NCBI GenBank assembly: GCA_965226885.1
Contig: CBDDEL010000016.1
Location: forward strand, 224,001-288,000
Origin: Opitutales bacterium
GTDB lineage: Bacteria; Verrucomicrobiota; Verrucomicrobiia; Opitutales; UBA2987
Direction: 5' to 3'
Length of the DNA stretch: 64,000 nt
Shown here: positions 21,454 through 36,630 of the stretch, piece by piece
Numbering within the stretch: position 1 is the stretch's first letter
Layout of the letters: each line of letters opens with the position of its first letter
The notes under the pieces: generated by a model
Seen by the model: only the letters and a program-made list of their open reading frames with translations
Databases searched by the model: none
What the model was told of the DNA's origin: nothing
Made by a program: the position numbers and the translations under genes

Positions 21454-22112
21454 GACTGAATCTCCGCTATTTCGAAATTACCTTTTGTCGGAACCGCGGA
21501 TCGAAAACCCGCACAGATGAAATTGATGAGGTGCTCTATAAGGCTCTCGATATCGTCAGGGTTGCAATACCCCTGGGAGGAAAATTTGAGTCTTTGGCGC
21601 TGGGTCATGGATGTGAGCATCAAAGAGAGGGCAAAGTGGAATTTCCAGTAAAGCTCTTCCCTTTCCAATTCCGGCCGGGCTTCCCCAATAGCTTCTACAA
21701 AGAGTTCCTGAATATCTTTAAAATGCTCCTGGTAAAGATCTTCCATGAAACCTGGTTTTTCCGAGGAGATTCGGCCCAACATGCGCAGGAAGAGTCCATC
21801 CGAATCTCCCCCCGGAGCGCCGATATTAAAAAAGGGCCGCAAAAATGCTTCGTATATTCGCTCCAGCGGCGCCACCCCATGCGAGCTTTGGAAACGATAT
21901 TTTTCCAATAAGGCCCGGCGGTTCGCATTCATCGGCACGATGCGATTATTCAACAATTCCTTGAGCAGCCCTTCCTTGGAACCGAAGTGGTAATTGACGG
22001 CGGCGAGGTTGACGCCCGCCTCCCTCGTGATATGCCGCAATGTGGTGGCCTCGAAACCGCATTCGGCAAATAATTGTTCGGCCGTTTCCAGTATTCGCTC
22101 TCGGGTATTCAT
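21450..22112 (-). CDS. TetR family regulator (PsrA-like)
   Basis: RERILETAEQLFAE...AGVNLAAVNYHFGSK. Confidence 0.92.
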   Translation of the reverse strand: MNTRERILETAEQLFAECGFEATTLRHITREAGVNLAAVNYHFGSKEGLLKELLNNRIVPMNANRRALLEKYRFQSSHGVAPLERIYEAFLRPFFNIGAPGGDSDGLFLRMLGRISSEKPGFMEDLYQEHFKDIQELFVEAIGEARPELEREELYWKFHFALSLMLTSMTQRQRLKFSSQGYCNPDDIESLIEHLINFICAGFRSAVPTKGNFEIAEIQS

Positions 22113-22158
22113 TTTAACTATGGCAGATTTACAATCAGCATTCATTTAAACACCTATT

Positions 22159-22175
22159 TTAAACATTTGTTTTAA
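22159..22175. promoter_or_regulatory. putative TetR operator
   Basis: AAAC-ATTT-GTTT dyad (22161-22172) about 50 bp upstream of the TetR start. Confidence 0.5.
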
Positions 22176-22396
22176 CTAAAAATGAGCCTCCCAGTCAATA
22201 CTGGAAGGTTCGACCATTTTAGAACCTATTCAATCCATCAGACGTTCCGGGCAATGCTTTCGGATTCATAAGGTTATCGATAACAATGGTTCGCGGTCTA
22301 ATGAGCGATATGCGAAGGACGGCGTTGACGAAACTCAGAAAGACAGGTAGCCGATAATATCAATTTGCAGTAGATGCGTTACAAAGGAGTCTAAAC

Positions 22397-22924
22397 TTGA
22401 GTGCTGCCAATTATAAAACTTCGGGAAAATCTAGGGAGAATCAATCGACCTCGATTTATCCCGACGTCATTCCCTGGGAAAAAGGCCACCCCACCACCTC
22501 TCATTTTGAGGTCATAGGCACCGAGGATCCGCGAGGCCGGGGTCTACGGGCCAAGGTGATCTTTCGGCAAGGTGAACTTGTTGCCCGGATTTCCGGAATA
22601 ATTGCCGATCGGACGACGTTGAATACCATGCAGGTTTCGACCGCGCTGCATTTCATGGACCCATGGTTCTGCCGGTTTCTCCTCCATAGCTGCGACCCGA
22701 ATATCACGATTGACATAGATTCGTTGGAAGCGAGGGCGGCAAGGGACATCCACCCCGGCGACTACCTCGCCTACGATTATGCCACCACCGAGGATTTCAT
22801 CGCGAGGCAATTCGTCTGTCATTGCGGCGCCCCGCATTGTCGGGGCTGGATTACGGGCCGACGCGAAATACCGAACGAGGAAGGGCGGGCTTTTCTTGCT
22901 CAAAACTTTGAAAACAGGTCTTGA
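22397..22924 (+). CDS. SET-domain protein with post-SET zinc motif
   Basis: GRGLRA, LHSCDPN, YLAYDY, CHCGAPHCRG. Confidence 0.85.
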   Translation: MSAANYKTSGKSRENQSTSIYPDVIPWEKGHPTTSHFEVIGTEDPRGRGLRAKVIFRQGELVARISGIIADRTTLNTMQVSTALHFMDPWFCRFLLHSCDPNITIDIDSLEARAARDIHPGDYLAYDYATTEDFIARQFVCHCGAPHCRGWITGRREIPNEEGRAFLAQNFENRS

Positions 22925-22956
22925 ATACGCGAATCCGGTAACTTATACTAGAAAGC

Positions 22957-23364
22957 ATGGCCTATCCCTGCATTTTATTGCTGTGGCTGCTGCTTTCGGG
23001 GTGTGTGACGGAAAACCTTTCACAAGTTCCGATTGTCGGCGTCCCAGCCGAAAGGGTGACCGAGATCGACGGATTTTTAATCTATGAAAAGCAGCCCCTG
23101 GACCGGATGTATGACGTATTGGGCTATGTGGAAATCGAGCGGCCCGCCGGACAAAAAAGGGAACGCGCGCTGGCTGATCTGCGGACTAAAGCACTGGTTA
23201 TGGGCGGGAACGCAATCATCGACCTGCGGCAGGCTTTAGCGCCCATATCGAGTCGGCCGAGCGTCCTGGGTGGGGCCGCAGCGAGGGATTTTGGACATTA
23301 CGGAGGCGCTGATCTGGTGGAAATTATTCGCTGGCGAGGAACCGTGGTTCGCCTTAAGAATTGA
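22957..23364 (+). CDS. hypothetical lipoprotein (YbjQ-like fold possible)
   Basis: Lipobox LSGC; LRTKALVMGGNAII. Confidence 0.6.
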   Translation: MAYPCILLLWLLLSGCVTENLSQVPIVGVPAERVTEIDGFLIYEKQPLDRMYDVLGYVEIERPAGQKRERALADLRTKALVMGGNAIIDLRQALAPISSRPSVLGGAAARDFGHYGGADLVEIIRWRGTVVRLKN

Positions 23365-23453
23365 AAATGCACATTGGACCCAATCCGCTTTCTTTTCAGG
23401 AAAAGGAATAAGGTAAGAGCCATTAGTCTCTTCTATTTACTTTTCTCTTATTC

Positions 23454-25553
23454 ATGAAATTGAACCAAATAATTTTAACCGCCTTTCTTGCTTTTCTTTC
23501 GGCGGTAGGCATTCATGCCGATTCCGTCAGGGATCAGCATGTCGAGGTGGAGTTGGTTTCCGAGACGGCTTCCATCCAGCCAGGGCGTTCCTTTACCGTG
23601 GCTTTGAGAATTAGCCACGACCCGCATTGGCATACCTATTGGATAAACCCCGGTGATGCCGGTCTTTCCACAACCCTCCAATGGGACCTGCCGGAGGGGT
23701 TCGCGGCTGGGCTCATCCAATGGCCCGCCCCCATTATTTTCAAATTGACCGGATTGACTAACTACGGCTATGAGGACGAGGTTTTTCTCCTGGTCGAGAT
23801 AACGCCGCCGGAAACCCTGCCCGAGGGCAAAAACGTCACCTTGCGGGCCGAGACCACCTACCTCATGTGCGACGATGTCTGCATCCCCGGCAAGGCGTCC
23901 CTGTTTCTCTCCTTGCCCGTGGCAAACGAAACTCCTCAGGGTGATGAAAAATGGCAGCCCGCAATCGTCCAAACCCGTGAAAACCTACCCCGGCAATTCA
24001 ACAATTGGGAAGTAGCCGCCTATCGGGAAGGGGACAAAATGACTCTGGCCCTCGCTCCACCGGATGGAATCGATGCGAATTTGGAAGATGTTTACTTTTA
24101 TTCATCAGATGCCCAGGTAGATCCGAATGCCGGGCAAGAATTAAAGCGCTCGGAAAACGGATACCTGCTCGAATTGGTTCGTTCAGCGTATGCCAAGGAG
24201 ACCGGTTCACTGCCCGGTGTTCTTAAAGCTGAATCCGCCTGGGGTGGGGACGGCAGCGTTAAGGCCGTTTTTGTTGATGCTCCTCTATTGGACGGGCCTA
24301 TCCCTCCAGAGAAGGGGGAAAATGGTAAACAAAACAAAAAAGCGGCGGCATCCGCCGGAGGTTTCGCCTACCTTCTGGTCATGGCGTTAGCGGGGGGATT
24401 CATTCTGAACCTCATGCCTTGTGTCTTTCCTGTATTGGGATTGAAGGTCATGAATTTCGTCTGTCAGGCGGGAGAGAAAAAAGGCAAAGTGGCCTTGCAC
24501 GGGCTTCTTTTCACGTCAGGTGTACTTTTATCTTTCTGGGTTTTGGCGGGTATTTTGAGCTTGCTGCGATCTGGCGGGGCAGAGCTTGGCTGGGGTTTCC
24601 AACTGCAATCTCCGGTTTTCGTTTTTTTGCTGACCCTTCTTTTGTTTGTTTTCGCTCTGAATTTAAGCGGACTTTTTGAGGTGGGAACCTCTCTTGCCGG
24701 AACTTGCGGCGGGCTGGCCTCGCGTGGGGGCAAGGCGGGGTCCTTTTTCAGTGGAGTTCTCGCCACGGCGGTGGCCACACCCTGCGCGGCCCCATTTCTG
24801 GCCCCCGCCCTGGGCGCGGCCTTAGCCATCGAGACGGGCCGGGCGTTTCTGTTATTTACCGCCATCGGGCTGGGACTTTCTATTCCCTACCTGATCCTTT
24901 CTATATTTCCCTCTCTCGTAAAAATACTCCCTCGCCCCGGCCCGTGGATGGAATCGTTTCGCCAGTTGATGGCGTTCCCTCTTTTCGCCACAGTGGGTTA
25001 CCTGCTCTGGGTGCTGGCCGGACAGCTCGATGAGTTCGGACTGCTCAGTGCGATTTTTGCGCTGGTGGCAATTGCCATGGCAGCCTGGATTTATGGTCGC
25101 TGGACGGATCCGGGGAAAAAACCCAAAGTCCGTTTTCTGGGCAGGATCGGGGCAACGGTTTTTCTGATATTCGGCATTTATTTCGGCTTTCCCGTGACCG
25201 CTCCTTCAAGTCTCCTGTGGGAGGAATGGTCGCCGGAAAAAGTGAAACAATTGAGAGCGGAAGGACACCCCGTTTACGTCGATTTCACAGCCCGCTGGTG
25301 CGCCACCTGCCAGGCTAACAAGAAGCTGGTTTTTTCCTCGAAGAAAGTGCTGGAAGTTTTCAAAAAGAAAAAAATTGTGACCCTCAAGGCGGATTGGACA
25401 AACCAGGACTCTCGCATCACCAAAGCGCTGGCCGGTTTCAACAGATCCGCCGTGCCCTTCAATATCCTGTATATTCCGGGGAATGAAAACCCCGTTATCC
25501 TTCCCGAAATCCTCACTCCGGGAATCGTCCTCAAGACGCTCGATAAAATCTGA
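23454..25553 (+). CDS. dsbD: thiol:disulfide interchange protein DsbD family
   Basis: WHTYWINPGDAG, CDDVCIP, NLMPCVFP, ATPCAAP, WCATC. Confidence 0.92.
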   Translation: MKLNQIILTAFLAFLSAVGIHADSVRDQHVEVELVSETASIQPGRSFTVALRISHDPHWHTYWINPGDAGLSTTLQWDLPEGFAAGLIQWPAPIIFKLTGLTNYGYEDEVFLLVEITPPETLPEGKNVTLRAETTYLMCDDVCIPGKASLFLSLPVANETPQGDEKWQPAIVQTRENLPRQFNNWEVAAYREGDKMTLALAPPDGIDANLEDVYFYSSDAQVDPNAGQELKRSENGYLLELVRSAYAKETGSLPGVLKAESAWGGDGSVKAVFVDAPLLDGPIPPEKGENGKQNKKAAASAGGFAYLLVMALAGGFILNLMPCVFPVLGLKVMNFVCQAGEKKGKVALHGLLFTSGVLLSFWVLAGILSLLRSGGAELGWGFQLQSPVFVFLLTLLLFVFALNLSGLFEVGTSLAGTCGGLASRGGKAGSFFSGVLATAVATPCAAPFLAPALGAALAIETGRAFLLFTAIGLGLSIPYLILSIFPSLVKILPRPGPWMESFRQLMAFPLFATVGYLLWVLAGQLDEFGLLSAIFALVAIAMAAWIYGRWTDPGKKPKVRFLGRIGATVFLIFGIYFGFPVTAPSSLLWEEWSPEKVKQLRAEGHPVYVDFTARWCATCQANKKLVFSSKKVLEVFKKKKIVTLKADWTNQDSRITKALAGFNRSAVPFNILYIPGNENPVILPEILTPGIVLKTLDKI

Positions 25554-25603
25554 GCGCTTCCCCGTGCTTGCAGAGGAACGGTTGACGGCTCATTATTGAG
25601 CCT

Positions 25604-26290
25604 GTGTTCGAAAAATTGGCCGATGGGGTATGGGTTTACGATGAGCCGCTGAAGTTGGCGGGCATTCTGCTTGGCCACCGCATGACGGTTGTTCGATTGC
25701 CGGCGGGCGGACTCTGGGTGCATTCACCGGCTGCTCTGACCCCGGAAATCCGCAAATGGATCGACAAAGCGGGGTCCGTAGCCCATGTGGTGGCCCCGAA
25801 CTGCGTTCACGACCTATATCTGGAAGAATATCGCGAGGCTTATCCCGAAGCGGTTTTTCACGGCGCGCCGGGATTGTCCAAATTATGCCCAAAGGTGGAA
25901 TTCAACTCCGTCATCGGCGGTCCTATGCCGGAAGATTGCCGCCAGGTATTTTCCCAGCAGCGTATCGGCGGCATGCCGAGGCTCAATGAATACGTTTACT
26001 TGCACCTCCCGAGCCGGACCCTGATTGTGGCCGACCTGGTGTTCAATATATTGCACCGAGAACGCCGATTGGATCGTCTGGTATTGAGGATAAACGGGAG
26101 GGTTTACGGCCGCCTGGCCCCGTCTGGATTGCTCCGGTTATTCATCAAGAACAAAACGGCTTTTCGCCGCTCCATAAGCAAGATCCTGGCATGGGATTTC
26201 GAGCGGATAATTGTCGGCCACGGTGAAATTGTTGACGAAAATGGCAAGCAAAGGCTGGAAGAGGCCATCGATTCCACGGTCGGGCTTTGA
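25604..26290 (+). CDS. DUF4336 family protein (metallo-beta-lactamase-like)
   Basis: RMTVVRL..GGLWVHSP, SRTLIVADL, WDFERIIVGHG. Confidence 0.8.
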   Translation: MFEKLADGVWVYDEPLKLAGILLGHRMTVVRLPAGGLWVHSPAALTPEIRKWIDKAGSVAHVVAPNCVHDLYLEEYREAYPEAVFHGAPGLSKLCPKVEFNSVIGGPMPEDCRQVFSQQRIGGMPRLNEYVYLHLPSRTLIVADLVFNILHRERRLDRLVLRINGRVYGRLAPSGLLRLFIKNKTAFRRSISKILAWDFERIIVGHGEIVDENGKQRLEEAIDSTVGL

Positions 26291-26295
26291 TTCCC

Positions 26296-27660
26296 TCATT
26301 CTACCGGGACAACGACACGGCATGTGCGTGTTATCAGGTGAAATCGGGACGAAAGCACCACCGAGGCTATGCTCAGGCCGATCAATAGCCCCAGCCATAC
26401 GCCCACCCCATGCAAATTTGCCATGAAAGCCAGGTAGTAGCCAAGTGGAAGGGCAAATATCCAGTAACATATGAAGACAAGGATGGTGGGAATCTTGACA
26501 TCGGCTATTCCCCTTAAGGCCCCCATGCTGGCCACTTGCAACCCGTCGAACACTTGAAAAAGCGCCGCCACAACCAGAAATTGAGCGGCTAATAAGACCA
26601 CCTCCGGGGCTTCCGGGGCATTATTGTCGAGAAAGAACCAGGGAAGTTTGTGGCGGATTAAAAATATGGTGGCGGCTGTGATACTCATGAACCCGATGAC
26701 AAATATAAAACTGCTGAAACCGATCCGTCTGATTGCAGGTCTGTCTTCCCTGCCCGCTGCTTGCGCTACACGAATAGCTACCGCAAATGAGACGCCCAAC
26801 GGTATCATGAAGGTCATGGCCGCGATATTTACAGCGATCTGGTGGGCAGCCAGAGAATTAGTCCCAATCCAGCCCATGAAGATGACTGCCACCGTGAAAC
26901 TTCCGGCTTCAAAAAGAAGTTGGAACCCGGTCGGCACGCCGATTGCCAAAAGCTGGCTGAACAACTTACGGCTGCAACGGAAAATATTGAAAAGAGAGCG
27001 GCCAATATCGTAGCGGGGGGAACCGAGCACCGCCGTTGCCATGACGACCATCATAAATGCTCGGGCCAGCAGTGTAGCCAATCCGGCGCCAGCCACCCCA
27101 TAGGCAGGCATACCCAGTTTCCCGAAAATAAAAATCCAGTTGAGGAAAATATTCAGGAAAAATCCGGCGGCAAGAACGGTAAATGGAAACCAGGGCCGAT
27201 TGAGGGCCTCGGAGTAGGTCCGCAGGCATTGGTAGGCCAAGGTCGGAATCAACGACCAAACCAGAAATATGACATAAGGTTCGCAGGTTGCCACAACATC
27301 ATCCGGCTGGCCGAAATAATTGAGGAAACCGATATTGGCGTGCATGAGGGCGGCCACCGCAAAGGCAAAACAAAAAGTGATGACAATGCCGTGCTTGAGC
27401 ACCTCGCCACTACGGCGGTAATTTTTGGCCCCGTAAGCCTGCGCCACCAGTACCGACACGGACGAAGCCAGCCCATAGCCGATAATGAGAAATATGCCCA
27501 CGATATTGCCCCCGAAGGCGATGGCCGCCAGTTCAACAACCCCCACCTGCCCCACCATGGCCGCATCGATCAGGTGCAAACCCATCTGCCCGAGCTGTCC
27601 CATAATCATGGGGACCGCCAAGGCCAGCGTTTTGCGAATCTCTGTCCAAAAGGGTTTCAT
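26296..27660 (-). CDS. MATE family efflux transporter (NorM-like)
   Basis: LAVPMIMGQ, GVAGAGLAT, LAAHQIA, FQVFDGLQ; 12 TM. Confidence 0.93.
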   Translation of the reverse strand: MKPFWTEIRKTLALAVPMIMGQLGQMGLHLIDAAMVGQVGVVELAAIAFGGNIVGIFLIIGYGLASSVSVLVAQAYGAKNYRRSGEVLKHGIVITFCFAFAVAALMHANIGFLNYFGQPDDVVATCEPYVIFLVWSLIPTLAYQCLRTYSEALNRPWFPFTVLAAGFFLNIFLNWIFIFGKLGMPAYGVAGAGLATLLARAFMMVVMATAVLGSPRYDIGRSLFNIFRCSRKLFSQLLAIGVPTGFQLLFEAGSFTVAVIFMGWIGTNSLAAHQIAVNIAAMTFMIPLGVSFAVAIRVAQAAGREDRPAIRRIGFSSFIFVIGFMSITAATIFLIRHKLPWFFLDNNAPEAPEVVLLAAQFLVVAALFQVFDGLQVASMGALRGIADVKIPTILVFICYWIFALPLGYYLAFMANLHGVGVWLGLLIGLSIASVVLSSRFHLITRTCRVVVPVE

Positions 27661-27967
27661 TGGGTTAATCTTTATAAATTAGAGATGACGTTAGAAGAGC
27701 AGTATTCGACCACGAATCGCAATGGTATATCCGCTTCACAAAATAAACGAGTCCATGGTGGATCGGGACTCTGTCTTTTCCCGTTGCCGAAAAACGGATA
27801 TTGAGGCAGATGACGAACCGAGGGTATTGCGATGTATACGGCGCGGATTCGGCAAATCAAGTAGAATTTCTAAAATAACGATGGAACGAAATTAATTTTA
27901 CCTTTTCAATCTCAATATACGATTCGATCGCCCCACTCTTATTAAAAACCCCAAAAAACTACTCAAA

Positions 27968-28693
27968 ATGCACCCAAACGTTATTCCTATTCAACTTAAA
28001 TTGGCGGTCTGCATCCTTTGCCTTTTGGCGCCATGGAATTTATTTGCCGGTGAAAAAGACGATCCTGTCGCTGTCGAAAAAGTGAACCTCATGTTGGAAG
28101 CCATGGGCGGCAAACAAAATTGGGCAGCTTTAAAGTCCATTTATATCCGAGCCAAGCACACCGAGCCTGAGCTAGAATTGCCCTATATCAACGAGATATG
28201 GCACTCGATGACTGATCTAACGCTCAAGATCAAGCAAACCGATACGGCTGGACGATTACAGGAGCGAGCCCTCCTCATCGATCATGGCTGGGCTAATCGC
28301 AAGGGCGCAATCAGTGACTTGAGCGAGAAGGAAATCAATTATTGGCGTTCCTGGTCGGGGAAAAATATTTACAAGACCCTTCATCGACTGGCAACCGGGG
28401 AAAAAGATTTAGTGGTCAAAACGGGGCCGGAAAATCGCCTCGAAGTTTACGACTCGGAGGGGAATCTTGTCCAATGGTTCAGACTGGATGATGAGAACCG
28501 TCCGCGCTGGTTTGGAAGGGAACCTGAAAGCGGTACGACATTTGCCGGTTGGGAAATGACCGACGGCATTATGCGGCCAACTGGCGGCGCACCCGATGAT
28601 GGATCGTTCGAATACAAGATGCTCATCTGGCAACCCTCTCGAGAACTGTTCGCCATCGACTTATCCCGGCCCGTATCGGAACCGGAAAAATAA
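27968..28693 (+). CDS. hypothetical secreted protein
   Basis: Signal peptide; MLEAMGG..NW motif. Confidence 0.65.
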   Translation: MHPNVIPIQLKLAVCILCLLAPWNLFAGEKDDPVAVEKVNLMLEAMGGKQNWAALKSIYIRAKHTEPELELPYINEIWHSMTDLTLKIKQTDTAGRLQERALLIDHGWANRKGAISDLSEKEINYWRSWSGKNIYKTLHRLATGEKDLVVKTGPENRLEVYDSEGNLVQWFRLDDENRPRWFGREPESGTTFAGWEMTDGIMRPTGGAPDDGSFEYKMLIWQPSRELFAIDLSRPVSEPEK

Positions 28694-28889
28694 AAGGTAT
28701 TCCGGTTTCCATTTGAGACCTGCCAATCTTGTATTAAATCTCAGAGGTAATTCTCTGGGCTGGGAAATTTTTACCTTTTCAATTATCCCCTCCCTGTTTG
28801 TAGTTAAAGCAATCATTGAAAGCAGGGCATATTATAAGAACAACTATCAGAAAAAATCATTGAGTACATTGGGTGCTCTTTTCCTTTTA

Positions 28890-30020
28890 TACCAAATCTC
28901 ATTAGGTATGATAATAAGTTATTTGGCAGAAGCGTTTGCTTGAATGTGCTGCCAGCCTCCGCCAACTAAAGAGAGGACTTTTTCAGTGTCCTCCCACCAG
29001 TCTTTGAGATGGGTTGCGACGACTTCTTCGAGTCGCTCAATGCTCGGCCACAGTTTGTTGGCCGTTTGATCCTGTATCATATCCCAAAGTCTTTCAATCG
29101 GGTTGAGTTCAGGACTATACGGCGGCAAATTCACGATATGTATGCCCGGGGGGACGTTGGGGTGCTCCGAGTCGTGCGGATGGAAGCCTGCCCCGTCCCA
29201 TACAACCACATGTTCCTCCTCAGGATATTGCTTTTTGATCTGTTGGAGGAAAGCCTCCGTCCACTGTAGATTCGTGCTAGGGGTTTGGATGCATACCATC
29301 TCGCCGTTGACCACGTCGAGGGCTCCGTAACAGTAGCTCCACTGGTATCTTGTCTGATATTTTTTGTGCGGCCGAAGCCCTCTTTGCGTCCAGCACCGGC
29401 GGTACACCGGAAGCAAACCAAAACGGCTTTCATCGGCAAACCACACCCGAACCCGATTGCCTCGGGTGAGGGAAAGCTCCTGGAGGATCTTAAAAAAGTC
29501 TCGCTTGAACGCTTCCGCTTTTGCCGAGTCCCGTTTCTCATGCACGGGGCGAGGGACTCGAAGCACCCCGGCGCATTTTTTTAGCCATCGCCACACCGTC
29601 TTGTAGGCGAAGGAGCGCCCGAAATGTCGCTCCAGCTCTTGCCCCGCCTGAACGGCTGTGTTCCAGCGCGCGACCTTCAAACCATTGAGCAAGAAGGCCT
29701 CCACCTCTTTGTCGCAACGGCTTTTGATCCCGCCTTTGTAGGCGCGTGTAAGCACCGCCCCGAGCCCTGCAGCACGATATTTGTCAAACCAACGCTGGAT
29801 CGTCGCTTTGCCTCGGCCCACGATGGCTCCAATTTCATCAATGCTGTGGTGCGGCTGGAAGCCCATTTTTAATGCCACCAAACGCTCTTTACGCCAGCCG
29901 ACAGCCTCTTTGTTGAGCAATTTCTTGATACGTTCACGGTCTTCATCGGTTCCCATATATCTTCTCATTCCGCCTTTATAGCTGTTTTTTAATCTTTATC
30001 AATCCTTTTGCGATTTGGTA
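28890..30020 (-). mobile_element. IS630-family insertion sequence
   Basis: Terminal IR ATACCAAATC (28889-28898) / GATTTGGTAT (30012-30021), TA at both ends. Confidence 0.88.
28919..29968 (-). CDS. IS630 transposase
   Basis: FADESRFG, WDGAGFH, LPPYSPELNPIERLW. Confidence 0.95.
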   Translation of the reverse strand: MRRYMGTDEDRERIKKLLNKEAVGWRKERLVALKMGFQPHHSIDEIGAIVGRGKATIQRWFDKYRAAGLGAVLTRAYKGGIKSRCDKEVEAFLLNGLKVARWNTAVQAGQELERHFGRSFAYKTVWRWLKKCAGVLRVPRPVHEKRDSAKAEAFKRDFFKILQELSLTRGNRVRVWFADESRFGLLPVYRRCWTQRGLRPHKKYQTRYQWSYCYGALDVVNGEMVCIQTPSTNLQWTEAFLQQIKKQYPEEEHVVVWDGAGFHPHDSEHPNVPPGIHIVNLPPYSPELNPIERLWDMIQDQTANKLWPSIERLEEVVATHLKDWWEDTEKVLSLVGGGWQHIQANASAK

Positions 30021-30731
30021 TTACAGGTCAATGAGGACACCGGGGCAATCCTCTCCCATCAAGGCTCCCTTTTGCCAGTCGTGAGCAATGACTTGAAACC
30101 TCACCCGGTAATCGCGCAAAAACTCGAGCGTTACCGTGCTCAATTTCCGGAATTACAGAAAACCGTTTTTCACGCCAAGGAACGATTTTCAAGGGTTTAC
30201 AATGAAGAATCGGATTTGGGCAACCTCTATGCCGATATTTTGAGGGAAACGGGAGGAGCGAAAATTGCCTTTATCAATGCGGGGGCACTGCGCAAAGACT
30301 TGCCCAAGGGCAATGTTCCCCTGGCCGATTTAATGGATTCATTCCCTTTCAAGGACGAAATCGTTATCCTCGAAATGACGGGGAACCAAATAATGGAAGT
30401 CTTGGAGCAATCTCTCACCCTTGAGCGCGGAATGCTGCAAGTTTCCGGCCTCAAAGTGGAATACGATATGGGTCGTCCGGAGGGAGAGCGGATTCTGGCA
30501 ATTGAAGTGAGCCATAAGGTCCTCGACCCAAAGGCCGCCTACCGTGTTGCGACAATCGAGATACTAGCCCAAGGAGGGGATCATTTCAGCGCCTTTCCCC
30601 AATCCAAACGACTCACAAAAAAAGGTTCACAACCACTCTTTGCTCAAGCATTACAGGAATACCTTTCCGCAAAAAAAGTTGTCGAAATGCCGGCCCATGG
30701 CCGCCTGATTCCGGTCACAAATAAAAAATAA
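30021..30731 (+). pseudogene. 5'-nucleotidase C-terminal domain; N-terminal metallophosphoesterase domain missing
   Basis: ESDLGNLYAD, NAGALRKDL, FPF, LQVSGL, GGDHF; begins at the IS630 end. Confidence 0.8.
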
Positions 30732-30739
30732 ACCCCAAA

Positions 30740-30955
30740 GTGGATTATAAAACGCTCAGCCGGGGAATTTCCAGGGATATGTCCGCCCCGGCCATTCTGC
30801 GGCGGTTGAAAATCGCCTCCAACCTGCGCGATGCCGCCATCCGGCTCTCGCGAGCAAAATTTGTCCGAAAGGTGAATCCAGTGGAAACTCAAATTTGCCC
30901 GGAACCGATCATGGGCTCGGCCTTTCGTGGGGATGAAGACAAAGAGGGAGAGTAA
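30740..30955 (+). CDS. small hypothetical protein
   Basis: 71-aa ORF 8 bp downstream of the nucleotidase stop. Confidence 0.4.
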   Translation: MDYKTLSRGISRDMSAPAILRRLKIASNLRDAAIRLSRAKFVRKVNPVETQICPEPIMGSAFRGDEDKEGE

Positions 30956-30971
30956 GAGGAGGGTTTTTAAT

Positions 30972-31011
30972 AAAAAAAAGGCCCGCCCTTTCCTTTCGGA
31001 AGGGGCGGACC
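30972..31011 (-). terminator. rho-independent terminator of rRNA operon
   Basis: GC-rich stem with GAAA loop followed by T8 on the minus strand. Confidence 0.85.
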
Positions 31012-31017
31012 AATAGT

Positions 31018-31134
31018 TCTGGCAACGACCTACTCTCGCACGGCATCTAGGCCGCACTACCATCGGCGGTTGAGTTCTTAACGAGCGTGTTCGGGATGGG
31101 AACGTGTGTTTCCCCTCACCTATGATCACCAGAG
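31018..31134 (-). rRNA. rrf: 5S rRNA
   Basis: Conserved CCCATCCCGAAC and GAGAGTAGGTCGTTGCCAG. Confidence 0.95.
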
Positions 31135-31223
31135 TCGTTTCCTTTTTTATTATTATTTTAAAAAAGGCCGAGCCGCCATATATAATATATCGCTCGTCTT
31201 ACCGATGTTGGTTGGTTGCCAGT

Positions 31224-31257
31224 TTTGGCGGCTTGGTAAATTTGGCGGCTTGGTAAA
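31224..31257. repeat. 17-bp perfect tandem duplication in 23S-5S spacer
   Basis: TTTGGCGGCTTGGTAAA x2. Confidence 0.93.
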
Positions 31258-31339
31258 TAAATTTCAGTTCAAACGCATATTAGCGGGCATCCCAACAACC
31301 CCAGATATTGCGGCGTGTTGTATTTTAAGGGATCAATTG

Positions 31340-34272
<2,933 letters not shown>

Positions 34273-34434
34273 ATCCATTAAAACTTCGCCGCTTGGCATC
34301 CCGGTTTAGAGGATGCCGAGTATCTGACGTTGATGGTATACCCGCTAATTTGCGTTTGAACTTTCAAAGAACGTTTTCCCTGAATGGGAAAAAAGTTTCT
34401 TATTGCTGTTTCCTTTTCTGGTCCTGGACGGCAG

Positions 34435-34511
34435 TGGTGGGCCCAGGTGGACTCGAACCACCGACCCCCGCCTTATCAAGGCGATGCTCTAACCAACTGA
34501 GCTATGGGCCC
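34435..34511 (-). tRNA. tRNA-Ile(GAT)
   Basis: Cloverleaf, anticodon loop TTGATAA, encoded CCA. Confidence 0.96.
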
Positions 34512-34569
34512 CCGGCTTTGATCGGTAAATAGGTCCTTGCTGCGTGCATCTATTGCATCGCTTACGGAT

Positions 34570-34645
34570 TGGTGGAGCCGATCGGGCTCGAACCGACGAC
34601 ATCCTGCTTGCAAAGCAGGTGCTCTTCCAACTGAGCTACGGCCCC
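34570..34645 (-). tRNA. tRNA-Ala(TGC)
   Basis: GGGGCCG acceptor stem, TTTGCAA loop, CCA. Confidence 0.96.
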
Positions 34646-34942
34646 GGTAAAAGGTTGCGGTTGGAATATCGATCCGGATTCCAGCCCGATAATATCCTGA
34701 AAGGAAACTTGAATGCAAAGAACGGCCTGGCCGGTTGGCTGCCTTGGGGGCGGCTTCCCCGGCGAGGGGGTGGTGTTCTTAAAATCTACTTTGTGCGATT
34801 GGTAAGGCTTCACATCGGTTCATATTCCGCGGCTGAATTGCTTTGGAATACGTTCGACCTGGTTCAACTCCGGCTGGGTTCAGGGGCTGGTCGGGTAAAA
34901 TTATTTTTACCCAATCAATCTCTGTCCATACTGGAGCGAACG

Positions 34943-36512
<1,570 letters not shown>

Positions 36513-36630
36513 AACAAATTTCGGAATTTTTTTCGAATCCTGGGGATTCGAACATTCCAGGCAAACCCATAAGGGCTTGCCTCTCAAAAGGTTATTTTTG
36601 ACGATTGGCCTTCCAATCGCACAAAGTAAA

